Below are positions 25,758 to 36,089 of a stretch of 37,636 nt of DNA, one piece after another. Position 1 is the stretch's first letter, and the number at the start of each line of letters is the position of its first letter. The translations under genes and the position numbers were made by a program. Under the pieces are notes generated by a model. The model was not told the origin of the DNA, ran no database searches, and worked only from the letters and a program-made list of their open reading frames with translations. Source of the DNA: Phoronis australis (taxonomy: Eukaryota; Animalia; Phoronida); the NCBI GenBank assembly GCA_002633005.1, contig NMRA01000221.1, forward strand, positions 598,033 to 635,668, read 5' to 3'.

Positions 25758-25768
25758 CAGTTCTTCTG
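25758..25768 (-). promoter_or_regulatory. Histone downstream element (HDE)-like purine-rich motif
   Basis: CAGAAGAACTG begins 13 nt after the distal stem-loop, the position expected for U7 snRNA pairing; resembles AAAGAGCTG / CAAGAAAGA. Confidence 0.6.
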
Positions 25769-25781
25769 GGAAGTGTTGAGT

Positions 25782-25797
25782 GGCCCTTAAAAGGGCC
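25782..25797 (-). terminator. Histone mRNA 3' stem-loop (distal copy)
   Basis: CCAAC-GGCCCT-TTTA-AGGGCC-ACTCA: 6-bp stem, 4-nt loop, canonical flanks. Confidence 0.9.
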
Positions 25798-25822
25798 GTT
25801 GGTTGTAGGTATAGCGTGAAAT

Positions 25823-25838
25823 GGTTCTTAAAAGAACC
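25823..25838 (-). terminator. Histone mRNA 3' stem-loop (proximal copy)
   Basis: TCAAC-GGTTCT-TTTA-AGAACC-ATTTC, 10 nt after the TGA of the PHD ORF. Confidence 0.85.
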
Positions 25839-25848
25839 GTTGAATAAT

Positions 25849-26166
25849 TCAACATAAATCACACAGTATACCATGCTCACTCAAGTACTGAAGGTCCTCT
25901 TCATTCAAGTTTTCATCTGGAAAGGTTGGATGAAAACAGAGGAGATGACAATATCGATGACAGTTGTAACACCTTAGATAGATATTACCGTTCACCAACG
26001 TTGTCACGAACCCTGCATCGTTCAGTTCTTGTTCCTGTATCCACAAATAATCCTGAACTGTAGGAAAAAAATGACAAACAACACAACGAATCAAATTTCG
26101 AAAATCATCGCCTTCGTACGATTCCGTGTTGCTGTCACCAGACTGATGTTCTTCTCCAACGTCCAT
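25849..26166 (-). CDS. Small intronless acidic PHD-type (C4HC3) zinc-finger protein, 105 aa, with a histone-type 3' end
   Basis: ACGATGG strong Kozak context; C28-x2-C31-x34-C66-x2-C69-x4-H74-x2-C77-x24-C102-x2-C105-stop; directly followed by two histone stem-loops on the same strand. Confidence 0.8.
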   Translation of the reverse strand: MDVGEEHQSGDSNTESYEGDDFRNLIRCVVCHFFPTVQDYLWIQEQELNDAGFVTTLVNGNIYLRCYNCHRYCHLLCFHPTFPDENLNEEDLQYLSEHGILCDLC

Positions 26167-26325
26167 CGTAAAAAATCGACGTTGCAAGTGATGGAAACTT
26201 GTCTACGCTCTCGTCCTTTGTTTCTAACCTTTAACCCATTTTTTAATAAAGGGGTGTACTGTTTTTGGCTCATGTTGATAGTGCATAATCTATGATTTTA
26301 CAATGTATTAATAGTGTTAAATGCA

Positions 26326-26491
26326 TATATATGAACTGGTCTCATTGAGGTGCACAGCAAATAAATTAACTATAACAAATTAAAGTTTTGAAAATATAAA
26401 GAGCAGTAACAGACTCCCTAAAAATTAGGCTTGTTTTCGAAAGGTTTGCGCCATTGGTGATCCGATTGGTTCAATCGCTTGCGGCGGGAAA
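26326..26491 (-). promoter_or_regulatory. Candidate promoter of the PHD gene: TATA-like, two CCAAT boxes, E2F site
   Basis: TATATA 26326-26331; CCAAT (minus) at 26453-26457 and 26465-26469; TTTCCCGC (minus) at 26484-26491. Confidence 0.45.
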
Positions 26492-26663
26492 ATTGATAGA
26501 CCCAGTTATTGTGCGCGTGTACACTGTATCAATGCTTTGTATCTTATTCTTATTTGTCTAATCTGTTGATACAGTAAATTTCCTTATTTATGCCCATCCT
26601 GATTTAACCCCGACTTGAGCTCCTTGGGTTTTACCATATTGGGGCTGTCCAGGGACTCACGTG

Positions 26664-26807
26664 CATGCGCGCACCCAGTCTTCAAAATGGGGGGCTCGAA
26701 TTCCTGACGTTATGGAACTGTTGTTAACAAGAGAGCGGGCAGACCTTTTTGCCCACTTCGCCAAATGGGGGGGGCTCGAACCCCCCCCCCTCTGAGTGGC
26801 GCGCATG
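26664..26807. mobile_element. MITE, 144 bp, 5-bp TSD (ACGTG)
   Basis: acgtg|catgcgcgcacccag ... ctgagtggcgcgcatg|acgtg. Confidence 0.85.
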
Positions 26808-27086
26808 ACGTGGTGCTTACTCGAATGAGTTTCATTTTAGCGGCTATTTCCAATTGTGTAGGTGAAGTAAATTAACAAAGTGGATGATTATCATCACCGG
26901 TATTTCATCATTAGTATTTTTGTCGGCCTCTCAAGTTTTCCGTGGCTAGGGATTGTCACATCTGTAAGGTAGACGTGTTTCAGTGAACCTCCATGTTTGT
27001 GGCGTTATTTATACCTGACCAAACTTTGAAAAAGAAGCCCGCGTTTAAACCAGGAGCTGCATTGGGTGCAATTTGTGTAGACGTTT

Positions 27087-27243
27087 CATGCGCGCACCCA
27101 GCCTCTAATACGGGGGCTCGAATCTCTGGCAAAGTGGACCTTTTGCTAACAAAAAGCGTGAGAACTAAAATAAAAAACGGGGTGCTGCCGTATTGTGGAC
27201 TTTCGTCTCTTTCTCTTGGACTTTTCCCCTGGGTGCGCGCATG
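27087..27243. mobile_element. MITE, 157 bp, same family, 5-bp TSD (CGTTT)
   Basis: cgttt|catgcgcgcacccag ... ctgggtgcgcgcatg|cgttt; perfect 15-bp TIR; first ~80 bp similar to the 26664 copy. Confidence 0.9.
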
Positions 27244-28017
27244 CGTTTGTCTACGTTGCTAGTTTTTATAAAGGTGGGCCTGTCTGTAGCCAACTACGGT
27301 AAATTCATAAAAGGTCACGTGCAGTGCAACTCAAGTTCATTACAAATTAAAAATCCGAACTTTCAAACCGTTTGATCTGAGTTGACATCTCAAATCAAAA
27401 TTATGAAAATGCCACATAAAAGTATGAAATTGAAAATTAGCACACGTCAGCTTCACGTCCCTACCACCCCCTTTATCTTGCTTGCTACCTCTTAGGGTTC
27501 ATTTCCCTTGCTTCCGAGGTTTTTCGTTATTCTGGTATTTTCATAGACTGCAGCGTACTTGGCTAAGATGGTTCAAGTTTTGTGCGGCATACAGTCGACA
27601 TAAATAATTGAGTATGTAACCTGCTGTTGAATTGCGGGATAGATTTTGACAGGTCCAGGTATTTATTTCTGAAGTATTAATGTAATCTTTATTTATGTTA
27701 AAGGTTTTACTAGCGTCCTATTTATTTGTACACGAATGTGAATTTGTTGAAATCGCTGATCCAAATCCTGGCCAAATCTGCGCATTATGCTGAGACCAAC
27801 CGTCTGATCAGGGCCACCTAAGAGTAATTTGGTTAATTCGCTCACTAGACTATGGCTGAAGGTCCTCGTAAGGACAAGAGTTCACCAGTCACTACCATTG
27901 GAAGAAATTTAGCGGACATTTTTCGTCAAAAAGTTTACCAGATAGTTTTCATCAAAACGGAGAAAAGAAAAATGGATTTGTGAAGACAGGATTAAGTAGT
28001 AGGCCTACCAGAGCCTC

Positions 28018-28214
28018 TTAAAAAACACCCATCTTCGAAGTGTCGTGAACAAATGTATGAGTTTTTTTTTGGAAGAAAAACTTCCATTCACGTCGACGCA
28101 AGAACATAACTTTTTCTCCCAAAGCGGATTTTGTGGTCTTCGTACACTATGGAAGCTAACGCCTCTGCATTTCGCCTGCGTAGCCGAACAACCGGCCACA
28201 CAGCAACCGACCAT
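28018..28214 (-). pseudogene. Frameshifted THAP (C2CH) zinc-finger coding remnant, probably from a DNA transposon
   Basis: MVGCCVAGCS..GVSFH....W in one frame; FLPKKNSYICSRHFEDGCF in a second frame. Confidence 0.75.
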
Positions 28215-28870
28215 GATTAGCAGACGACGTACTTGCCGGAAATTACACCAGATAATTGAGCCAGGTGTCGCCAGTGAATAATGACGTAAAGGCTTGTGCG
28301 TAAGACCACAGATTTCGTCCATTGAAAGTAAACGGAGTTGGCGGTCCATGTACTATGATGGCAATGACTCTTTTTGTCCTGGCGATTTTCCAAATGGGTC
28401 ATCAAAGAAAGTACGCTGGAGTAAGAACTCATTGGTCGCAACCGCAACGTACGCGAGATTCAGTTGTACCAACAATAACCACAACAGAAATCCGAGTCAA
28501 TTTGTTTGCTACAGAGGCTTCTAACAGTAGTCAAATTCAGAAACTGGTTAGCCCACTGAACATCCCTTCAGAAATCAAGCTCACCCGGGTTATTGCAACG
28601 CCGTCAGGTGTTGCCCTCTGACGGTCGCTACGGTATATGTACGTCGTTAGGTGACGATCATACTGTTTCGTCAGTTCACGGGTTAAAGGTAGCCCAAGAA
28701 AGGAAAGCAATTATTAAAAAACTGTAATACCCTCTTGGTATTGTTTTCGATGGCAAAAATTACCGTAGTATAATGTCGTGTTTTTCTTCAAAAACCCGCT
28801 ATGGGAAGTAACCTGACTGGATGAAGGTACTGTAAGAGACATTGAAGTGATCACGTACAAAATGAACCCC

Positions 28871-28941
28871 CTCGCTGGTTCCTTGCGTGCTTAGCCCAGC
28901 CAGCTACCGCCCCACCTAGCGGCACGCAGGGAACCAGCGAG
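28871..28941. mobile_element. 71-bp hairpin MITE with 20-bp TIRs and a 10-bp TSD
   Basis: aatgaacccc|ctcgctggttccttgcgtgc ... gcacgcagggaaccagcgag|aatgaacccc (1 mismatch in the TIR). Confidence 0.9.
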
Positions 28942-30711
28942 AATGAACCCCGTGCACTCCTGAGAGGCGTACTGGTACGAATGAAAAACGGCGTTCTTCT
29001 TAGTTTTGATGGTCACCAGCAGTTTCACAGGCTTGCGCCCCTCCCTCTGCATGTAGTCACTAATATTGACTAAAATTCAAGTCCCCTGACTGGCCGTCTG
29101 CCTGTCTGCCTGCTCAGTCCTTGGTGCCCTTGTACGCCAGGCCGCCAATCCGTGCACAACGCCTTACCCGAGAAAATCTCTGGGAAATGATAGATGGGAC
29201 AACAATACCAACAAGAACACTGAGCTAGAATGTCCAAATCCATGACAGAACAGAAAATTAACCACAAATTATATGCAACAGCCGACCAGTCAGCTCAGTG
29301 GTTTTATGATCAACTGAAATTATTCTTATGTTCTCAAATTTACAAAACGCAACTTTCAGTACTTATATTTCAAAACTGCCAATTTCAATATGAGCTAAAA
29401 ACAGATACATGTAAGGTCCAATGTCGGCAAGTTACAGACTAACGTGAGAAATCTTGAGCGTTCCTAAAAATGGATTACCGTATTCTCGGTCATCTTCACA
29501 TTCTTCATCACTTTCATGTGCCCTGGCCGCTTAGCAAAGGTTTTCAGTGCCCGTGGGCAATAATACCATAATGCAAACCTCAGTTTGTCCATCATTATAA
29601 AAGATTTGTGATTCAGTTTCTATTTTAAACCTACACTGAAATCTCCGTTACAAACGAGAACTAAATAGTGTCTGCATTTAACAGGGAGATTTCTTGTGTG
29701 CCAACTTGCTCTCTGACACAGCGCCGCCCATGCTGAAAAGTTGTACATGTCACAGCACTGTGAAAGAGTGTAGTGTACAACATAGTCTCTCCAGGCAGTC
29801 GGTAAAAGCAGTTCAAAGCTGGTCGTAAACAATACTGACGAAAATCTTTTTGATTCGCTCATGCTCTAGCCGTTTCCATCGACAAATCGCATAAAATTTT
29901 AGACTTGCCTAAAGTGCCGGATTAGTCATGCCAAGTTGATTAGGCATCCCCATCACTTTCCTACAGAGTGTAGTGTGGTGCCCGGAGGATAGGCAATCCA
30001 TGACTGTAAAATGCTGCAGCTTACTACGGCCTCGCAAGAAACAGGAGCCTCGTCACAGAGATTGACTTGGTTTTAAAAACAAGGGCCCCGGCCTCGGATT
30101 AGAGGTGAGGCAGTATTAGTCCGGACATTGCAACAGTTTCGAATACATAGGCTTATGTGTCTTGGGAGCAAAGAAAATATGTATATAAGTCCTTTAATGA
30201 CTTCAAGAAATACCAAGAAAATTTCTAGTAATGCTGTAGTTTTCAGATTTTAAATTGTTATTTGCTGCGAGACCCATTAGTTTCCATTACCGGTCTGTTA
30301 GTGGTCCGCTGCTTAGTAACTCGCCTCGTTCGTCTAGTTGAACTCGCAAGAAGTGTTCGTCAACACTGAACGTAAAGTCTGCGATTAAGAAAAACATAGG
30401 TGCAAGTTCTGGAAAATCACCCAGGCCAGTTTCGAATATTTTTATCAAAAGCTTAATACAATTAGAAGCACACGGATTAATAAAATCATTTGCCGGCTGG
30501 GAAGGTCGGTAGGAAGTTTCCCCCTCCCGTGTAAGACTTTTTTGGTGGTTTTTAGTAGCTGATTACGTTTTTCTGGCGAATTTTTTTCAATATTTATTTT
30601 TGATTATGTACCGAGGGGTGTTTGAACCCCCTGTAGGTCCGCCTCTGAACGACGTACATGGTAGGCTCACATCGTCTCTGCTATGTGTCTGTTATACACA
30701 GTTGTACTTAC

Positions 30712-30985
30712 AGATGGACAACAACAAAAAAATTGTTGCAGCTACTGGTACTACTAAGTGCAATAATAATTAAGTTGATAATCCTTTTAAATTTCGTCCT
30801 CCGTCTGTTTTTCATTCAAATCTTCAGAGGCTGGTTGCGCCCATCTTTGCGCGGCTGCCCGAGACAGAATGTTGCCCCCCCATATCGTATCCTAGGTCCG
30901 CCACTGAGATGGACAACAACAAAAAATTGTTGCAGCTACTATTACTACTAAGTATAATAATATTTAATTGAGCAATCATTTTGAA
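30712..30985. repeat. Direct duplication of ~70 bp, 195 bp apart
   Basis: agatggacaacaacaaaaaa(a)ttgttgcagctact..tactactaagt at 30712 and 30907. Confidence 0.85.
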
Positions 30986-31666
30986 TTTGCTTCTGGTTTT
31001 AAGTGCTTCACGTGGCGTCGGGCCTGGTACCCGGCCAACTTGACCGAGTGGTGTTTGTGTAGATGACAGAATGGTGCAGACGATACGAGGAGGCTTTATA
31101 TTATTCATCAGCATTGAATGCGCGTGCTGGTAACAAATGATCTAAAAGTGAATGTCCACCCCTAAAAATAGGCATAGATGCCTAGCTCTATAAGTAGCAA
31201 CGAGAGAGCTTCTAAAAATCGACCAAGAAACATAACAGCAGTGAAAACGTTTATCTGCTATTTTGATATACTTGCTGACAGAGCACAGTCAAGTGCAGGC
31301 ATTTTCAAATTCCAAATTGAAAGTGATGGTCAAATATATTGTCAAGCCAATGTCCACTCTGATTGTGAATTGGTGGATTTGCGTGCATGCGTGTACACGT
31401 GTGTGCGTTTTCATTATTTTAAATTCAGTAGATGTCGGCGGTAAGTTCACTTTAGGCAGTCCGTTGCCCAAAATCAGACATTTAACTACCGTGTTTTCTT
31501 GCACTGAAAACAACCTTGCGAGCATGTTACCATTATTAGGAAACAGTAGGTCTAGGCATAGTAAAAACTTTGGTCAGTGAAGAAACAATCAGTGCCAATG
31601 CTGCACAGGCTTGCAAGCTTCATACGAGCAACAAACTTGATGGAAAAGTCTTATAAGGTTACACGT

Positions 31667-31758
31667 CACTACTTCGAAGGTTCAATACTCCGAAGTTTCA
31701 CTACTCCGAAGGTGCCCGTCTTCGAATGCCCACTGCTTCGAATGTCCACAATTACGAA
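31667..31758. repeat. Degenerate 16-bp-period tandem array (6 units)
   Basis: CGAA recurs at 31675, 31691, 31707, 31723, 31739, 31755; consensus approx. cactactccgaaggtt. Confidence 0.8.
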
Positions 31759-32357
31759 ACAAAAACTCCGACAGTGCAGTACTCTGATTGTCTGCTAATC
31801 AGTCGGAACTGGCATGAATAAAGTATTGTATATTTGTGTCCATTTAGGCCTAATAACTATTTAAAGGGTTTGCAAAAGTTGAATAGTTCTTAAAATTTTG
31901 GTTACATTGTTGAGCTCAGTTTCAGTGACTGAAAATAGTGATTATTTTAATCTTACTACAAACTGCAAGCAGGGACACCATCGGGCAAGAACTGCCACGA
32001 CCAACGGCGGTTTTACTCAGGCGACGCACCACAGGGGGCTAGGGATGGTAGCCCCACTTTTTTCAGTGGTGCGCCGCACGTTTTAAATTTGAAAAGACTG
32101 AACGGGACTCTTTGACTTCGTGAAGACAGGCAAGGACAGTGTAACCTACTAAACTACTTTTAAGTTTCGACCCGGTCGTGCACGAGGTTCCGGTGGCAGA
32201 ACTGGAGGCGCAGCTGCCCAATCACGCTGTGAAATGATGCGATGACACGAATTCGATGAATGAATCGCGGTTGATTAATATTCCTACTTCATGTTCCGTA
32301 TTCGCAAGATATGCGTACAATTTTGCAGGCACATTAAAGTCTAGGTTTTGTTTTGGG

Positions 32358-32515
32358 CAGTGGTGGATTTAGAGGAGGGCACGCCCCCCCCCCGGCCCCC
32401 TAAAATTCTCCCAGATTCAATTTGGCAGTTCGGGAAAGCGAATGTCTGAGTGTGGTAAAATCCTAGCTAATACTCTGCCCTGCACCACCCCCCACCCCCG
32501 AACTCAAAATCCTAC
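32358..32515 (+). mobile_element. Fragment of a GC-rich non-autonomous DNA element (CAGTGGCGGATYTAG-type terminus)
   Basis: cagtggtggatttagaggagggcacgcccc; complementary-type ends also at 30633-30647 (taggtccgcctctg), 30892-30906 (ctaggtccgccactg) and ~9200-9212 (tagatccgcc). Confidence 0.5.
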
Positions 32516-35334
32516 TCATGGTACTTCATCTAAAATAACGACGAAGTGTCGTTTATTTTTTGCATGTAAAAGTATAAACATTATACTTGGGTTCGAAATT
32601 TTATTTTTTTGGAGTAATGAACGTTTGGAATAGTAACCTCTTCCCATTTCCAGCGACGTAAGCAACTTAACTAACACACAAAATACAACCAAGGTAAACA
32701 GTTTCAAGTCATTCATCCACTAAATAATTTATTTTCGTCCGAGAATTTAATGAAGTGTAATCACCCACTCGCCTGATTTAAACGTTGGACAGGGATAGCG
32801 CAATGCTGGCCTGAAGGCGATGCCAACATGCGGCATTTTCTAATCCCCCGGCCAATTTGGGTTAGCCAGTCCTTCAAACATGAAGCGTTTTTTTCCTGGA
32901 GTTCCATACATGGTTTTCACGTTTTGTTGGTAATGGAAATTGAGTACTGTTGAGGCAGCGAACATTATGAGACATACATGTATGATCAGAGTGAAAGAGC
33001 TAACTTAATCCCGGCTGTTTTCGTTTTTTTTTTAGCCAACAAAATAGGGCAAAGCAAGTTTAGGCCATGTCATATTCTGTACGCGCCACAATATCACAAC
33101 AGTTGAGTAATCGTCCAATATAAAGGAAGTACTATAAGACTGTGAAAAGTAAACTCGAGTGATGTCCTTGTGTTGTCTTAAATTCAACCGCGGAGTAGGC
33201 CTGCCACATAACGATCAACCGTGGTTTAAAAACTACCGAGTGCCTCCTAATGATCAATCCTGGGTTAGCCGTTGGGTGTCACCTAACTACGGGTGTCGAC
33301 TTTCCGACAGATCGGACTACCGCTGTGCCCGTTGCCAGCGGCAACTTTTTTACTATTTTTGCCACGTCGGGGTTCCTTGACGGATGTCCATGATATTTGG
33401 TGAATAAGGTTTCATATAGTCATAGGTTTCATTAAACAGAAAACGACTCCGTCCCGTTTTCGGACAGACACGACGAACTCTGCGCCATCTAGTGAGCATT
33501 TTATTAACTTACGAGGTTGAAGATCTGCCAAACCAGTCGAACGACAGTATGAAAATGGCAGTTGTGTTCCTGCTAACAACATCGTGTCTGACATTGATGT
33601 TCGGACAGAAAATAAAGTTTGATTTTATTCAATCAACTAAGAAACAATACAAGAAGCAGTTATACACAATAGCAAAATATTGACATAGCTTTTTAGACCA
33701 GCGATTACAACGTGAACAAAATTTAAACATCACTGTAAACCCGAACATTTGAACATCTAGCTGGCTTGTTCATGAATCCAAGGGAACATATTCTCAAACA
33801 GTTCCCAGCATGCATCATTTGGCAAGTACACTGTATATTGCTTATCACAGACGGTTTCGTTATCAACACCAGTTATTGAGAGTAATCTAATGATCCACGC
33901 CATCTTTGAAAACCATACTTTAAGTTCATTATTTGGGGTGTAACCTGGTGTGTAGTGTTGTCTCATACCTCGACTTTGTGTTCCTAATTACTTAACACTA
34001 TGAGCTGAATGTAACCAGAATATTGACCATGTCTAACTAAATATACTCCAGTTTGAAATTTTGTAACTTTGTATTGGCCAAATAAGAGCTCAGTTGGGCT
34101 TTAACAGCTAATTAAAACCAGCCATGAAGATCTTGGTACAAGTAACAATATTTCCCAAATTAACACAATTTTCTGCAAGACAACATCCAGATACGCTTCA
34201 ACAAAAGGAAGCTGCTTTGCATGAATTCGGCACAACACAGCACATACTGTAAGCTAAATTATTTTTTTTCGTGGGATAAATTACAAACTTCGTTTAAATA
34301 GTGGCTGAACGTAGTCAAATTATTGAAAATTGTACTAATTTCGTGACTAAAAGCGAAGCAGATGGTAATACGATAATGCAACAGGGGTACAAGGCATTGT
34401 GGTCATTTGCAATGCAAATAAAACACTGTGTGACAGTGAGGGTCTTCCATTTCAGATACAAATATTTTTACAAGTTACGACAAAAGCACTCGGGTTTAAA
34501 GCACAAAATTAATTGGCATTCAACCTCAAATTTTTGAATGACATAATTTTAACAGTGATGGGCTGCAATTGGCCACTTGTCTACTGATTATCCAATCACG
34601 CGAGTTCATTAAGTATGGCAAATAAATTATTTCCCTTAGACGACATTCATATAACACAAATTGACCATCATGTTGAAAATTACTTATTTACGGAATTTCA
34701 ACACAACTAAATGTCTTCCAGGGTTTTATGCTAAGGTAGCATTTCTGAAAGTTTATAATCTTCCAAATTTTTAGCTAAAATTTGACTACGAAGCATTTAA
34801 TCTACTGTATCTTGGAGTATTTTGCAGCATATTTCATCCTCACTGAAGATTTTCAAAATGATACCCACCCCGAAAGTTAGGTAGATGCAGCACCATCTAT
34901 TGTTTTGTGTCCTGCCATGGGGTTGAACTCTGTTTTGGGTAACACAACTCTTTAAGACATTGACTTAGTGTTCCTAATACCACATGACAATGGACATGGA
35001 CCGAATGTAATTCAACGATTGCTTAAATGGAGAGACTCACCAAGGCTAACTTGATTAATTTCAGTATGAAGTCTGTAACTTTGCCTTATGCTACTAAAAG
35101 CAGCAAATTGATTGAAAAAGTAACCCCATCTGGTGACATCTCACCGTCACACACTTTCACTGGCAAGTGCTCAAAAACACGGGAATGAGATCGAAAAAGG
35201 TTAGCACACAGTTAACTTTCTCACAAGACGTGCACCTAACAAACGTAAATACAAAAGAAGACAAGAGCAGCACAGAATCAAGCAACACAATGAATGGACG
35301 AAGATGAAATATGAGAGCAGTAACAGAATTAATT

Positions 35335-35633
35335 TCATGAATATTTACAATCACAGTTACAACCTCAAAATGTTTAATGCGAATCTTCAAGATCAAGACT
35401 CATGTCTTAGAATGTATTTTGCGAATATTCACCATCAAGATTATGATTTGCATTATTTTGCGCATATTCAAAAATGCAATCTCAGCTTTACATTTCTTCT
35501 TGAATATTGCCAATCAAGAAAGTGAACTTACATTCCACAAGACTGTAACCTATGATTATAGTCTTTGAATATTTAAAATTAAGATTGTGAACTCGCATAA
35601 TATTCAGTGAATATTCAGTATCATGACTGGCCC
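35335..35633. mobile_element. Probable truncated MITE with recurring GAATATTC-like motifs ending in ...CATGACTGGCCC
   Basis: One GGGCC-type terminus and internally repetitive organisation like the 12294 and 18500 elements; no partner TIR found. Confidence 0.35.
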
Positions 35634-36089
35634 TAACATTGGGAAGCGTGCATACAGGATTAACTCAACAATGACTACCATTGTACCCTCAACATGTATA
35701 ACATTCTACAAAGGACAATTGTGAGAATGAATATGCACGTGAAATTTTGGTGAAGCTGCCATCACTATTCATATTACATCAAAAGGCAACAACAAAGACC
35801 ATTTCAAAAATAACACCAAGGGGTAGCTGAGAAACTTTCATGACCCTGTAGGCTCAACTATCCCGATGATCACGGCAACTGAGCTCCCTGCGGTTGATCA
35901 TAGTTCTTTCCCCGTCTCCATGGTTACGCGCCTCTTCAGTGGACCCCTTTACATAGAATAGACAAGCAATGACACCTCAACATCAGTTTGCTGATGGCCA
36001 CAGTCAATTTGAATGTGTCTCCCGTTGTGCTCTCTCACTCTCCACCACTCTGGTTTTGAAATTGGTTTTTGTTGCCGCTCGCATCGCCG

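Noticed and set aside
25782-25838. Hairpins as bacterial intrinsic terminators, or as the 3' end of a histone gene
   Set aside because: No U-tract follows either stem and the context is eukaryotic; no histone-fold sequence was recognised in any frame upstream
33624-33629. AATAAA (minus strand) as the DSTYK poly(A) signal
   Set aside because: Plausible for a ~2.5-kb 3' UTR but cannot be distinguished from other hexamers without transcript data
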